Source of the DNA: Gammaproteobacteria bacterium
GTDB lineage: Bacteria; Pseudomonadota; Gammaproteobacteria; CAJXQU01
DNA: 64,000 nt
Assembly (NCBI GenBank): GCA_965238175.1
Contig: CBDEGZ010000003.1
Span: 1,472,001-1,536,000, forward strand
Reading direction: 5' to 3'
Position numbers and translations under genes: made by a program. This document shows, piece by piece, positions 10,454 through 20,892 of the stretch (position 1 is its first letter; each line of letters starts with the position of its first letter). Under the pieces are notes generated by a model. That model was not told the origin of the DNA, searched no databases, and saw only the letters and a list, made by a program, of their open reading frames with translations.

Positions 10454-11518
10454 ATGCCACTGGTCGCGAATACAGGCTTACCTGCTTTTGAACGTTTGAA
10501 ACAAGACGGCGAGACTATTTTGTCGGGAGATTTTGCACTCGAACAGGAAATTCGTGAATTACATATTGGCCTATTAAACATAATGCCAGACAAGGCGTTA
10601 CAAGCGACAGAGCGTCAGTTTTTTCGTCTGATTGGTGAAAGTAACCAGATTGCCCAGTTTTACGTACACCCTTTTACCTTGGATGCATTACAGCGAAGCC
10701 CAGAAGCAAAAGCACATATTGATGCCTATTATTCAACTTTTGATCAAGTTAAAGAACAGGGTCTGGACGCTTTGATCATCACCGGTGCAAATGTGGTTAA
10801 AGACAATTTGATCGATGAAGAATTTTGGAAACCATTGGGTGAAGTTGTCGAGTGGGCTTATGAAAATGTCACTTCTACACTTTGTTCTTGTCTGGCAACA
10901 CATGCCGTATTGCAATTCCAATATGATCAGAAACGAACACGTTTACCAGAAGGAAAGCGTTGGGGTGTTTATCCACATTGGGTCACCGATCAAAAACATC
11001 CTCTTGTAGCCGGTGTCAATACTCGTTTTGATGTCCCACATTCTCGGTTTAATCAAATTGAACGGCATCAGTTCCTGGGTGCAGGTTTAAGAGTGTTGGC
11101 AGAAAGTGTTGCTGGCGTCCATTTGGCGGTTAGTCCAGATGGCTTCCGGCAGGTGTTTTTTCAGGGACATCCTGAATACGATGCGGTTAGCTTGATAAAA
11201 GAATATAAGCGAGAAGTGGGATGTTTTGTTCGATCTGAAAGAGATGATTATCCACCTTTTCCAGAACATTATTTTACTTTACGAGATCAAGCAATATTAG
11301 CTGAGCATCAAGAAGCGATTTTGATCGCACATGATTTAGGAACCAAAGCACCTGAATTTCCTGAAGAAATTATCATACCAAATCTAGATAATACTTGGCA
11401 CGATACTGCCGAAGCGGTGATCAATAACTGGATCGGAAAGGTTTACCAAATAACCAATAGTGATCGACGCTTACCTTTTATGGAAGGTGTTGATCCGAAT
11501 AATCCTTTATCAATTTAA
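10454..11518 (+). CDS. metA: Homoserine O-succinyl/acetyltransferase (MetA family)
   Basis: IGLLNIMPD..ATERQF, DALIITGA, catalytic CSCLA, PHSR, FQGHPEY. Confidence 0.92.
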   Translation: MPLVANTGLPAFERLKQDGETILSGDFALEQEIRELHIGLLNIMPDKALQATERQFFRLIGESNQIAQFYVHPFTLDALQRSPEAKAHIDAYYSTFDQVKEQGLDALIITGANVVKDNLIDEEFWKPLGEVVEWAYENVTSTLCSCLATHAVLQFQYDQKRTRLPEGKRWGVYPHWVTDQKHPLVAGVNTRFDVPHSRFNQIERHQFLGAGLRVLAESVAGVHLAVSPDGFRQVFFQGHPEYDAVSLIKEYKREVGCFVRSERDDYPPFPEHYFTLRDQAILAEHQEAILIAHDLGTKAPEFPEEIIIPNLDNTWHDTAEAVINNWIGKVYQITNSDRRLPFMEGVDPNNPLSI

Positions 11519-11621
11519 TTTTTAAGCTCACTTTATCAAAGAGTTTGACAGCGCAGTGCTGCAACGGTAACTTTCCTAGGATTACTCCCACGATAAATAT
11601 AACAGAGACAGTTACAGCGAA

Positions 11622-12800
11622 TTGAAAACAGATTTTGACAGGATAGAACGTTTGCCGCCTTACGTGTTTAATACCGTAGGCGAACTCAAGATGGCAGCGC
11701 GTCATCGTGGCGAAGATATTGTGGATTTCGGGATGGGCAATCCTGATCAGCCTACGCCACAACATATCGTCGATAAGCTGATTGAGGTTTCACAGCGGAA
11801 TGACACACATCGTTATTCGGTTTCAAGGGGAATACCACGTTTACGTCGTGCGATTTGTAATTGGTACAAAACGCGCTACGACGTGGAGCTAGATCCGGAA
11901 TCTGAAGCAATAGTCACTATCGGCTCTAAAGAAGGGCTTGCTCATCTTGCCATGGCGGTGATGGACAAAGGTGATACGGTACTTGTCCCTAACCCGGCTT
12001 ATCCAATACACCCGTTTGGATTTGTGATCGCCGGCGCAGATGTTCGACATGTACCCACTGGGCCAGATGTTTGTTTTTTTGAGGAATTAGAAAAGGCCAT
12101 CGTCAATGCCTGGCCAAAACCTAAAATGTTGCTGCTCAACTTTCCGGGAAACCCAACAACAGAGTGTGTTGAGTTGGAATTTTTCGAGAAAGTGATTGAG
12201 ATCGCGAAAGAGCATCAAATTTGGGTAGTTCAGGATTTGGCCTACGCAGATATTGTTTTTGATGGCTATACTGCACCCTCTATTTTACAAGTGCCTGGGG
12301 CAAAAGATATTGCTGTTGAATTTTTCTCAATGTCTAAGAGCTATAATATGCCCGGTTGGCGTGTGGGTTTTATGGTCGGTAATCCGACATTAGTGAATGC
12401 ATTAGCACGAATGAAATCTTATCTGGATTATGGGATGTTTACACCGATTCAGGTGGCAGCGATTGCAGCATTGGAAGGTTCTCAACAGTGTGTTACTGAT
12501 ATAAGAAATATGTACTGGCGACGTCGTGACGTGCTTTGTAGTGGTCTCAATGAAGCAGGATGGCAAGTTGAGTCACCAAAAGCTACGATGTTTGCTTGGG
12601 CGCCAATACCAGAACAATATAAAAATTTAAAATCACTGGAATTTACTAAGTTATTGATCGAAAAAGCCAAAGTGGCAGTTTCTCCAGGTGTTGGTTTTGG
12701 TGCTTATGGAGATGATCATGTTCGGTTTGCCTTGATAGAGAATGAACAGAGAACAAAACAAGCGATACGTGGCATTAAAGATATGTTGAATAAGGGGTAA
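11622..12800 (+). CDS. alaC: PLP-dependent alanine transaminase (class I)
   Basis: [40 protein letters not shown]; usual alaC-hom-thrC synteny. Confidence 0.9.
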   Translation: MKTDFDRIERLPPYVFNTVGELKMAARHRGEDIVDFGMGNPDQPTPQHIVDKLIEVSQRNDTHRYSVSRGIPRLRRAICNWYKTRYDVELDPESEAIVTIGSKEGLAHLAMAVMDKGDTVLVPNPAYPIHPFGFVIAGADVRHVPTGPDVCFFEELEKAIVNAWPKPKMLLLNFPGNPTTECVELEFFEKVIEIAKEHQIWVVQDLAYADIVFDGYTAPSILQVPGAKDIAVEFFSMSKSYNMPGWRVGFMVGNPTLVNALARMKSYLDYGMFTPIQVAAIAALEGSQQCVTDIRNMYWRRRDVLCSGLNEAGWQVESPKATMFAWAPIPEQYKNLKSLEFTKLLIEKAKVAVSPGVGFGAYGDDHVRFALIENEQRTKQAIRGIKDMLNKG

Positions 12801-12807
12801 GGTTTTA

Positions 12808-14118
12808 ATGGAACCAGTTAAAGTTGGGTTATTGGGTTTGGGTACCGTTGGTGGCGGTGTGGTTAACGTTTTATACCGAAATGTCTCAGAAATTGCACGT
12901 CGTGCCGGTCGAGAAATCAAAGTCACACATGCGGTAGCAAAAGCATATGACAAAAATAGTCTTTCAGGCTTGGATAAAATTGAAATCTCAACCGATCCAG
13001 AAGCGTTAGTCTCAAATCCAGAGGTCGATATTATTGTTGAGCTTTTTGGAGGTACGGACTATTCACGAACCCTGGCTTTGCTGGCGATCGAAAATGGCAA
13101 GCATGTCGTCACCGCAAATAAAGCATTGATTGCAACCCATGGTAATGAAATTTTTGCCGCTGCACAGAAGCAAGGCGTTATGGTTGCATTTGAAGCCGCT
13201 GTTGCCGGTGGTATCCCAATCATAAAAACAATGCGTGAAGGCTTAGCCGCAAATCGTATCGAATGGCTGGCCGGAATTATTAATGGAACCGGTAATTTCA
13301 TCCTTACGGAAATGCGTGATAAAGGGCGTGATTTTGCGGATGTGTTAAAAGAAGCACAGGCACTAGGTTACGCAGAAGCTGATCCAGCCTTTGATATTGA
13401 TGGTACGGATGCTGCTCACAAGTTAACAATACTAGCCTCGATCGCTTTCGGCATTCCTTTGCAATATGATAAGGTTTACAAAGAGGGTATAGATAAAATC
13501 ACCCGTGAAGATGTCTTCTATGCCGAACAATTTGGCTATCGGATCAAACATTTAGGTATTGCTAAAGATACAGAATACGGTATTGAATTACGCGTGCATC
13601 CAACGTTGATCCCTGAGCGACGTTTGATCGCGAATGTCAATGGTGTGATGAATGCAGTTTTAGTCAAAGGGGACGCTATAGGATCAACGTTACAATATGG
13701 TGCCGGAGCCGGATCTGATCCAACGGCATCGGCTGTCGTTGCTGATCTTGTCGATGTTGTTCGCGTTATGTCATCGGATCCTGAAAGTCGTGTTCCACAC
13801 CTTGCTTTCCAAGCCGATGCATTATCAGAAACATCGATTGCAGAGATGGGTGATATTGAAACCGCCTATTATTTGCGTATGAACGCGCTAGAACGGCCAG
13901 GCGTTTTAGCTGAAGTGACGAATATTCTTGGTGAACGAGGTATCAGTATTGAAGCGATCAGGCAACAAGATGCGAAAGAGGGTGCGAGTGGTGTTCCAAT
14001 TGTTTTTCTGACCCATGCTGTTAAAGAACAAGCGATGAATGACGCGATCGAGACTATAGAAGCATTAGACTCAATTGATGGAACTGTTACCAGGATCCGT
14101 GTGGAACATCTTGGATAA
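12808..14118 (+). CDS. hom: Homoserine dehydrogenase
   Basis: GLGTVGGG, VTANKA, EAAVAGGIP, GIINGT, GYAEADP, C-terminal ACT domain. Confidence 0.97.
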   Translation: MEPVKVGLLGLGTVGGGVVNVLYRNVSEIARRAGREIKVTHAVAKAYDKNSLSGLDKIEISTDPEALVSNPEVDIIVELFGGTDYSRTLALLAIENGKHVVTANKALIATHGNEIFAAAQKQGVMVAFEAAVAGGIPIIKTMREGLAANRIEWLAGIINGTGNFILTEMRDKGRDFADVLKEAQALGYAEADPAFDIDGTDAAHKLTILASIAFGIPLQYDKVYKEGIDKITREDVFYAEQFGYRIKHLGIAKDTEYGIELRVHPTLIPERRLIANVNGVMNAVLVKGDAIGSTLQYGAGAGSDPTASAVVADLVDVVRVMSSDPESRVPHLAFQADALSETSIAEMGDIETAYYLRMNALERPGVLAEVTNILGERGISIEAIRQQDAKEGASGVPIVFLTHAVKEQAMNDAIETIEALDSIDGTVTRIRVEHLG

Positions 14119-14135
14119 GGTTTATAAACAAACCC

Positions 14136-15608
14136 ATGAAATTTATTGAATCAAGAGGGAATGATGGAGATCACCCTGAAGAAGTCACATTTTCTGAGGC
14201 AATCCTCTCACCAATGTGCTCTTTTGGGGGCATTTATGTACCAGAATCCTTACCTGAGCTAGGAAGTGTTTTTTTAGCAACACATTTAGATTCCAGCTAT
14301 AAAGATCTGGCCCGGGACATATTAAGTACCTGCAAAATAGATATTGATCAATCAGTGATAGAGGATGCACTTAGTCTTTATGAACAATTTGATAATCCGG
14401 ATGAACCTGCACCATTAGTAAAAGTTGTAGACGATCTTTATGTCAGTGAGCTATATCACGGCCCGACCAGAGCCTTTAAAGATATGGCATTACAGCCTTT
14501 CGGTGCGATTCTGTCTGCCTTAGCAGAACAACGTGATCAAAAGTATTTGATCCTCGCGGCAACCAGTGGCGATACAGGACCGGCTGCTTTAAATACCTTC
14601 AAGAACCGTAAAAATGTTCAAGTGGTTTGTTTGTATCCCGAGGGAGGCACTTCGGATGTACAACGGCTACAAATGGTGACTGAAGATGCTCCAAATCTGA
14701 AAGTTATTGGTATTCACGGCAATTTTGATGATGCACAAACGGCACTAAAATTCTTACTCAGCTCCAAGAATTTTAATAAAAGACTGCGACAAAAAAACAT
14801 CGCCTTGTCGGCGGCAAACTCGGTTAACTTTGGCAGAATCATTTTTCAAATCATTTACCACGTTCATAGCTATCTTGAATTAGTTCGTCAGAAGGCGATT
14901 AGTTTGGGTGAAAAAGTTTACCTAAACATTCCAAGCGGTAATTTTGGTAACGCATTGGGAGGCTACTATGCGATGAAAATGGGATTGCCGATTGAGAAGA
15001 TAGTGATTGCTTCTAACAGCAACAATATTCTGACACGGTTAATCAGCACTGGACAATACGATATGCGCGATGCATCTGTTGTCCCAACGACTTCACCGGC
15101 CATGGATATTCTTAAATCTTCTAATGTTGAACGTGTTTTGCAGGATCTTTATGGTGCCGAGCGTACTAAAGACTTAATGCAGCAATTGGATCAGAAAAAG
15201 TACTATCAGCTTACTGATACTGAATTGTATCAATTACAACAAATTTTTAGTGCGGATTTTTGTTCTGATCAGGAAGGTAAAGAATATATCCAAAAAGCCT
15301 TCAAAAATAACTATCTTATGGATCCACACACTGCAACCTGTTTCAAAGCCTATGAAACACGTAGTGAGAAGCCGCTTAAGACGATTGTTTATTCTACTGC
15401 CGAATGGACTAAGTTTTCACCCACTATTGCTGAAGCCTTGACTGGAGAAAAGGCTAAAGAAGATTTGGAGGCACTTCATTTGATATCTAAAAAGGCGAAA
15501 ATAGATATCCCATTAGTTGTGATCGAATTATTTAACAAGGAAATTACTCAAAACACGGTGATCAATAAGACGGATATAGAATCGGAAATTTTAGATTTTA
15601 TTCAGTAG
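14136..15608 (+). CDS. thrC: Threonine synthase
   Basis: ELYHGPTRAFKDMAL, ATSGDTG, ANSVNFGRI, PSGNFGN, SPAMDI. Confidence 0.95.
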   Translation: MKFIESRGNDGDHPEEVTFSEAILSPMCSFGGIYVPESLPELGSVFLATHLDSSYKDLARDILSTCKIDIDQSVIEDALSLYEQFDNPDEPAPLVKVVDDLYVSELYHGPTRAFKDMALQPFGAILSALAEQRDQKYLILAATSGDTGPAALNTFKNRKNVQVVCLYPEGGTSDVQRLQMVTEDAPNLKVIGIHGNFDDAQTALKFLLSSKNFNKRLRQKNIALSAANSVNFGRIIFQIIYHVHSYLELVRQKAISLGEKVYLNIPSGNFGNALGGYYAMKMGLPIEKIVIASNSNNILTRLISTGQYDMRDASVVPTTSPAMDILKSSNVERVLQDLYGAERTKDLMQQLDQKKYYQLTDTELYQLQQIFSADFCSDQEGKEYIQKAFKNNYLMDPHTATCFKAYETRSEKPLKTIVYSTAEWTKFSPTIAEALTGEKAKEDLEALHLISKKAKIDIPLVVIELFNKEITQNTVINKTDIESEILDFIQ

Positions 15609-15813
15609 CTTATAAAAATATGATTATTAAATTATTAAATAGTCTTTTTCTTCAGGAACACCGTTTAATCAATGTAACGCAAATGTAACTTTCAGTGTCA
15701 ATAGTGTGACAAGGTTGACATTAAGTAAGACGTTCTGTATAAATTGTTGGCGTTGATAACGTATTTTATCCACAGTGGATTACAAGGATTGTAAACACAT
15801 TTTCAAGGAGGAA

Positions 15814-16191
15814 ATGATTGTGATAGACGTATCAGTTAGAGATTGTCCTCATGGCTCAATTCTTGTGTTAGCCGGTGAGTTAAATGCAGTGACTTCGAAT
15901 GACTTATTTAAAGAAGTTATCAAACAAGCACCTAAAACCCCTGCGCATATGTTTTTTGATTTTTCCCAGCTTCGGGTTGTTACGGCTGCAGGTTTACGTA
16001 CCTTATATAAAATTTTCCAAATGACACATACAGATTGTAAGTTAATCTTTTGTGCCACTCATAATACTGCTGGCTTAATGCTCTCTAAAGTCGGCTTTCC
16101 AAATCTGGTTACATTTCACGAAAGTTTATCTATCGCACAATCGGAGATCGAAATTAGTGATTGGAGTCAGAAAGAGTTAGAAATATCATGA
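15814..16191 (+). CDS. STAS-domain (anti-anti-sigma-like) protein
   Basis: LAGELNA..FDFSQLRVVTAAGLR..GF pattern; AAGGAGG SD just before ATG 15814. Confidence 0.75.
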   Translation: MIVIDVSVRDCPHGSILVLAGELNAVTSNDLFKEVIKQAPKTPAHMFFDFSQLRVVTAAGLRTLYKIFQMTHTDCKLIFCATHNTAGLMLSKVGFPNLVTFHESLSIAQSEIEISDWSQKELEIS

Positions 16192-16283
16192 CTTAAGTAA
16201 AATTGGTGTTAAGAGTACGACCTCAAGGAAGAGGAAAACTCATAGCAAATTAATAGTAATTGAAATTTATCACGGATTGATAC

Positions 16284-18353
16284 ATGAATATAAAAAAACT
16301 CACAGGTGTACTGGCGCTTAGAAGCGACTTGCTTTTTGCGCTAGCTTTGATCTCGATTGTCTTTATGATGATCTTGCCGATACCGACGTATATCGTTGAT
16401 ATCGTCATTGGATTAAACTTAGCCACCGCTGTTGTTCTACTAATGGTTGGGGTTTATGTATCAACACCAAGTGCATTTTCAGCTTTTCCCACGATTCTAT
16501 TAATTACTACCTTATTTAGACTTTCACTATCGGTTACAACAACTCGGTTGATCTTAATAGATGCTGATGCCGGAGACATTATTTATGCTTTCGGAGACTT
16601 TGTTGTTGGCGGTAGCATGATAGTGGGTTTAGTTATCTTCCTGATCATTACCATTGTGAGTTTTGTGGTTGTGACAAAAGGTTCAGAACGAATTGCAGAA
16701 GTCAGCGCACGTTTCTCTTTGGATGGAATGCCAGGAAAACAAATGAGTATCGACAGCGATATGCGTGCTGGTTTGATTACTATAGCGAAAGCCAAAGAGC
16801 GCCGCACTGAATTAGAACAAGAAAATCGTTTGTATGGTGCAATGGATGGCGCGATGAAATTTGTCAAAGGTGATGCCATTGCAGGTTTGATCATTATTTT
16901 CGTCAATATTATTGGTGGTCTTTCTGTTGGTATTTTCCAACATGGGCTAGAAGCCTCTGAAGCTTTAGAAATCTATTCTATCTTAACTATTGGAGATGGA
17001 CTTGTTTCACAAATTCCTGCCTTAATAATCGCAGTAACTGCGGGCCTTATTGTAACGCGTGTTACATCAGAGGAAGGTAATAGTCTTGGTGAAGATATTG
17101 GTGGACAAATTAGCGCCTATCCACAAGCTATATTGATAGGCGCAGCATTATTATTTTGTTTTGCCTGGATACCTGGATTTCCAACAATAACGTTTATTTG
17201 CTTATCTGTGCTGTTAGGATTTATGGGGTTAAGAATACAGAATCGATTTACGTCAGAATCTGGAAACACCCTTGATCATGAAGAGCCTATGACACTGCAA
17301 GGAAATGGTGCTGCAACGCCTAAAGAAACTAGTTCAGAAAAAGCTTGGGCAAACACACCAATCATTCTGGAAATATCGTCATCGTTAAAAGGAATGATCA
17401 ATATTCCAAATCTGGATAGTGAAATCGCGCAGGTTAGACAAAACTTACAATCTGAAATTGGGATTGCATATCCAGGCGTTCATTTGCGTTTTAATACTGA
17501 TTTGGATGATGACCATTATTCAATTTCACTTTACGATGTTCCAGTCGTAGTCACTAGTCTTAGAACAGATGCGTTGTTAACAACCACAGATCCTGTGTTG
17601 TTGAAACAAGAAGGAGTTTCTTATTTACCTGAAACTTACGTATTGCCAGGAATGAAGGGGCATTGGGTATTAAAAGAAGATCTTGAGAATCGTACTGAAC
17701 TTAGTATCAATTTGATCTTGATTGAGCAGATTATTTCAAATCAACTTCGTTATGAATTACAGCGTAGCGCTGCCCAATTTATTGGTATCCAAGAAACATA
17801 TCATATGCTTGCACAAGTTGAGCCTGTATATGGTGAGTTAATAAAAGAAGTGTTCAGATACCTGTCAGTTAGTAAAATTGCAGATGTCTTCCGACGTTTG
17901 GTTAATGAAAATGTCTCGATTTCAAATCTCCGAATAATTCTGGAGTCATTGGCTGAGTGGGGACCACAAATTGAAGATATGGAAATTCTGACAGAGAATG
18001 TTCGCATCGATCTTAAAAATCAGATCAGTCATCAATATTCAAAGAATAAGGTGCTTCCCGTTTATCTGTTGGATCCGGAGACTGAAGAAAAATTACGTAA
18101 TAGTATTCGACAGACACCTGAAGGTGTGGGGCTTGCACTTGAGGTTGATGAGTCGAAGACTTTTCTTGGCGCAATTGCGGATTTAATCAATGGTTCAGAT
18201 CGACAGGAAGGTGCCGCTTTAATTACCACTTTAGATTTGCGTTGCCATATTCGAAAATTGACTAAGCTAGAATTTCATGATCTTCCCATTTTGTCATTTC
18301 AGGAACTGACACCACAGGTGAATGTTCAGCCACTCGGAAAAATCAGTTTTTAG
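16284..18353 (+). CDS. sctV: T3SS major export gate SctV (YscV/EscV/HrcV)
   Basis: FHIPEP motifs ERIAEVSARFSLDGMPGKQMSIDSD, GAMDGAMKFVKGDAIAG; differs from the flagellar FlhA at 46089. Confidence 0.95.
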   Translation: MNIKKLTGVLALRSDLLFALALISIVFMMILPIPTYIVDIVIGLNLATAVVLLMVGVYVSTPSAFSAFPTILLITTLFRLSLSVTTTRLILIDADAGDIIYAFGDFVVGGSMIVGLVIFLIITIVSFVVVTKGSERIAEVSARFSLDGMPGKQMSIDSDMRAGLITIAKAKERRTELEQENRLYGAMDGAMKFVKGDAIAGLIIIFVNIIGGLSVGIFQHGLEASEALEIYSILTIGDGLVSQIPALIIAVTAGLIVTRVTSEEGNSLGEDIGGQISAYPQAILIGAALLFCFAWIPGFPTITFICLSVLLGFMGLRIQNRFTSESGNTLDHEEPMTLQGNGAATPKETSSEKAWANTPIILEISSSLKGMINIPNLDSEIAQVRQNLQSEIGIAYPGVHLRFNTDLDDDHYSISLYDVPVVVTSLRTDALLTTTDPVLLKQEGVSYLPETYVLPGMKGHWVLKEDLENRTELSINLILIEQIISNQLRYELQRSAAQFIGIQETYHMLAQVEPVYGELIKEVFRYLSVSKIADVFRRLVNENVSISNLRIILESLAEWGPQIEDMEILTENVRIDLKNQISHQYSKNKVLPVYLLDPETEEKLRNSIRQTPEGVGLALEVDESKTFLGAIADLINGSDRQEGAALITTLDLRCHIRKLTKLEFHDLPILSFQELTPQVNVQPLGKISF

Positions 18354-19688
18354 GTGATGATTATGAATCAGTTTAATTACATTACGAAATCTCTGAATCA
18401 AGCCTCGAACCAGTATCAGCCATACCGGCCGAAGGGGAGAGTGATACAGGTTTCTGGAACAGTGATCAAAGCGATCATTCCACAAACTGGAATGGGTGAC
18501 ATCTGTTTGTTGCGTAATCCAGGTGATCCAAAAGGGCTTCGTGCTGAAGTGGTAGGTTTTGAAAATGAAATTGCTTTGTTGATGCCATTGGATGATGTCA
18601 ATGGGGTTTCATCAAGTACGGAAGTAATAACGAGTGGTCTAAACGATACCATTGGTGTTGGTATGGAACTAAAAGGTCGTATTCTAGATGCATTTGGAAA
18701 GCCAATAGATGAGGAAACCAATGGACCATTGAATACTCGAGAACGTTATCCAATTAATGCATCTCCTCCAAATCCTTTGACACGAGCTTCAATCAATAAG
18801 CCAATTGATTTGGGAGTAAAAGTCATCGATGGTTTTTTAGCTTGTGGTGAAGGACAACGAATGGGGATTTTTGCAGCGGCAGGCGTTGGTAAAAGTGTAC
18901 TCCTTGAAATGATGGTTAGAAATGCCAACGTCGATATGGTTGTGGTAGCACTTATTGGCGAGCGTGGACGTGAGGTTCGAGAATTTATCGAAGAGAACAT
19001 AAAAAATGGAGGTATGGAAAATACAATAATGGTCGTTGCCACTGCTGATCGTCCTCCATTGGAACGTGTTAAGGCCGCCCATTCTGCAACTGCTATCGCC
19101 GAATATTATCGTGATCAGGGTCAGCGTGTTTTGTTATTAATGGATTCGGTAACACGCTATGCAAGAGCACAGCGTGAAATTGGACTGGCTGCAGGCGAAA
19201 CACCGACAAGACGTGGTTATCCATCTTCTGTTTTTGCAAAACTGCCTAAGTTATTCGAACGAGCAGGAAATTCGTCTTCAGGATCTATTACTGCACTTTA
19301 TACAGTACTTGTTGAAGCTGATGATATGAATGAGCCTGTCGCTGATGAGGTTCGTTCTTTACTTGACGGACACATCGTTTTATCTCGAGAACTTGCCGCG
19401 AAAAATCACTACCCAGCCGTTGATGTATTAGCGAGCTTGAGTCGTTGTATGCAAAGAATTGCTGATGAAGATCATCTTTACGCTGCTGGTAAAGTCAGGC
19501 GCCTTTTGTCAAAGTTGGATGAAATAAAATTACTATTGAGAGTCGGTGAATACAAAGAAGGAACTGATCAGGAAGCGGATGAAGCAATAAGAAAGAAAGA
19601 GTTAATAGAAGCGTTTTTACAACAAGGAAGAAATGAAAATTTCACATTTGAATCTATGCTGGAACAATTAATGGAGTTAGCATCATGA
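18354..19688 (+). CDS. sctN: T3SS ATPase SctN
   Basis: [56 protein letters not shown]. Confidence 0.96.
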   Translation: MMIMNQFNYITKSLNQASNQYQPYRPKGRVIQVSGTVIKAIIPQTGMGDICLLRNPGDPKGLRAEVVGFENEIALLMPLDDVNGVSSSTEVITSGLNDTIGVGMELKGRILDAFGKPIDEETNGPLNTRERYPINASPPNPLTRASINKPIDLGVKVIDGFLACGEGQRMGIFAAAGVGKSVLLEMMVRNANVDMVVVALIGERGREVREFIEENIKNGGMENTIMVVATADRPPLERVKAAHSATAIAEYYRDQGQRVLLLMDSVTRYARAQREIGLAAGETPTRRGYPSSVFAKLPKLFERAGNSSSGSITALYTVLVEADDMNEPVADEVRSLLDGHIVLSRELAAKNHYPAVDVLASLSRCMQRIADEDHLYAAGKVRRLLSKLDEIKLLLRVGEYKEGTDQEADEAIRKKELIEAFLQQGRNENFTFESMLEQLMELAS

Positions 19689-20206
19689 GTAACAATAGCG
19701 ATCTAAATGAATTAAAAAAAATACGAGAATTGAAATCTGAAAATCAGCAACAAGTTGTTAATCAGCTCGAACAGGAATTTCAAGAAAGAGGCACGGCGCT
19801 GAATTTGATTGATAGTACGATTGAAATGTTTAAACAAAAAAAAGTTACACTGGAAGCCGCACTTTTCACTGAAATTGAAGGAGAGGAGGTCGTTGGAGAT
19901 GAATTACATGAATATGCTGAAAAAATGAAAGAAATATCTGCTTACGGTGAAAAATTGGAAGATCAATATAGCGTTTTGCAAGAACAGCAAGTCATATCTG
20001 GGGATATGTTAAAAGAAGCACGAAATCACCTGGTAGAGTGTTGTAATGAAGTCGAGAAAATTAAACTTTTGATCGAAGAAGAACAGAAAAAAGATTCGAT
20101 TGCTAAATCCAGAAAAGAAGAAAATGAATTTGATGAAGAAGCATCTATGAAGTGGAACAGGAATCAAGTGAAACCTAAAGATCCTGAAAAAGGAAGAACA
20201 AAATGA
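19685..20206 (+). CDS. sctO: T3SS stalk SctO (YscO/FliJ-like coiled coil)
   Basis: Charged coiled-coil overlapping the sctN stop; C-terminal EENEFDE motif. Confidence 0.7.
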   Translation: MSNNSDLNELKKIRELKSENQQQVVNQLEQEFQERGTALNLIDSTIEMFKQKKVTLEAALFTEIEGEEVVGDELHEYAEKMKEISAYGEKLEDQYSVLQEQQVISGDMLKEARNHLVECCNEVEKIKLLIEEEQKKDSIAKSRKEENEFDEEASMKWNRNQVKPKDPEKGRTK

Positions 20207-20829
20207 GGGGGGTAGCATTATTAATTCTAATGGGACTGTTTATCCTTCCTTCAATGGTTCAAGGGTTAAATGCAGCGGAACTAAAATGGAAGCAAACGTA
20301 TTATTCTCATTATGCAGATGGTGAAACGTTGGAAACTGTGTTGCAGGATTTAATGTATAGCGAAAAAATTCCAGTAATAGTTAGTAACAAGATAGACGCT
20401 AATGTCAATCTTTATCTGGAAGGAACGTCACCTGTTGAAGTTTTTGATCGTTTATCTAAGACATACCAATTTGTTTGGTATTACGATAATCAGGCATTGT
20501 TTGTTTATGACGTTACAGAATTGATGAGTGCAACCCTCAAGCTTGATCATATTTCTAGTGGAGAGTTCACCGATATTGTAAAAGAAATGGGTATTTATGA
20601 TCAAAAATATGGTTGGGAATACGCCAATGATCGCGATGTAATTTATTTTACTGGGCCACCAAGGCTGGTAAATTTAGTTATGGAAATGTCTGAGGTGTAC
20701 GATATAGAAAAGCCAATGAATAAATCCCAGGTGGTAGTGTACAGATGGAAAGATAAAAGTGGTGTTTCAAACTTCAGTACAAGACCACCTGAGGACCCAT
20801 CACTTTATTACTCGATGCGTGAAGAATGA
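20203..20829 (+). CDS. Truncated secretin SctC (signal peptide + N0-N1 only; RhcC1-like) with DUF4124-like tail
   Basis: YscC N-terminal motifs (IPVIVS, LSKTYQFVWYYDNQALFVY, IYFTGPPRLV); only 208 aa; no beta-barrel domain follows. Confidence 0.8.
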   Translation: MRGVALLILMGLFILPSMVQGLNAAELKWKQTYYSHYADGETLETVLQDLMYSEKIPVIVSNKIDANVNLYLEGTSPVEVFDRLSKTYQFVWYYDNQALFVYDVTELMSATLKLDHISSGEFTDIVKEMGIYDQKYGWEYANDRDVIYFTGPPRLVNLVMEMSEVYDIEKPMNKSQVVVYRWKDKSGVSNFSTRPPEDPSLYYSMREE

Positions 20830-20892
20830 GTAATAAGGAACTAAAGTTTAAGCAATAATGTCTGATTTATACGAATTAAGGTAATAATAGGA

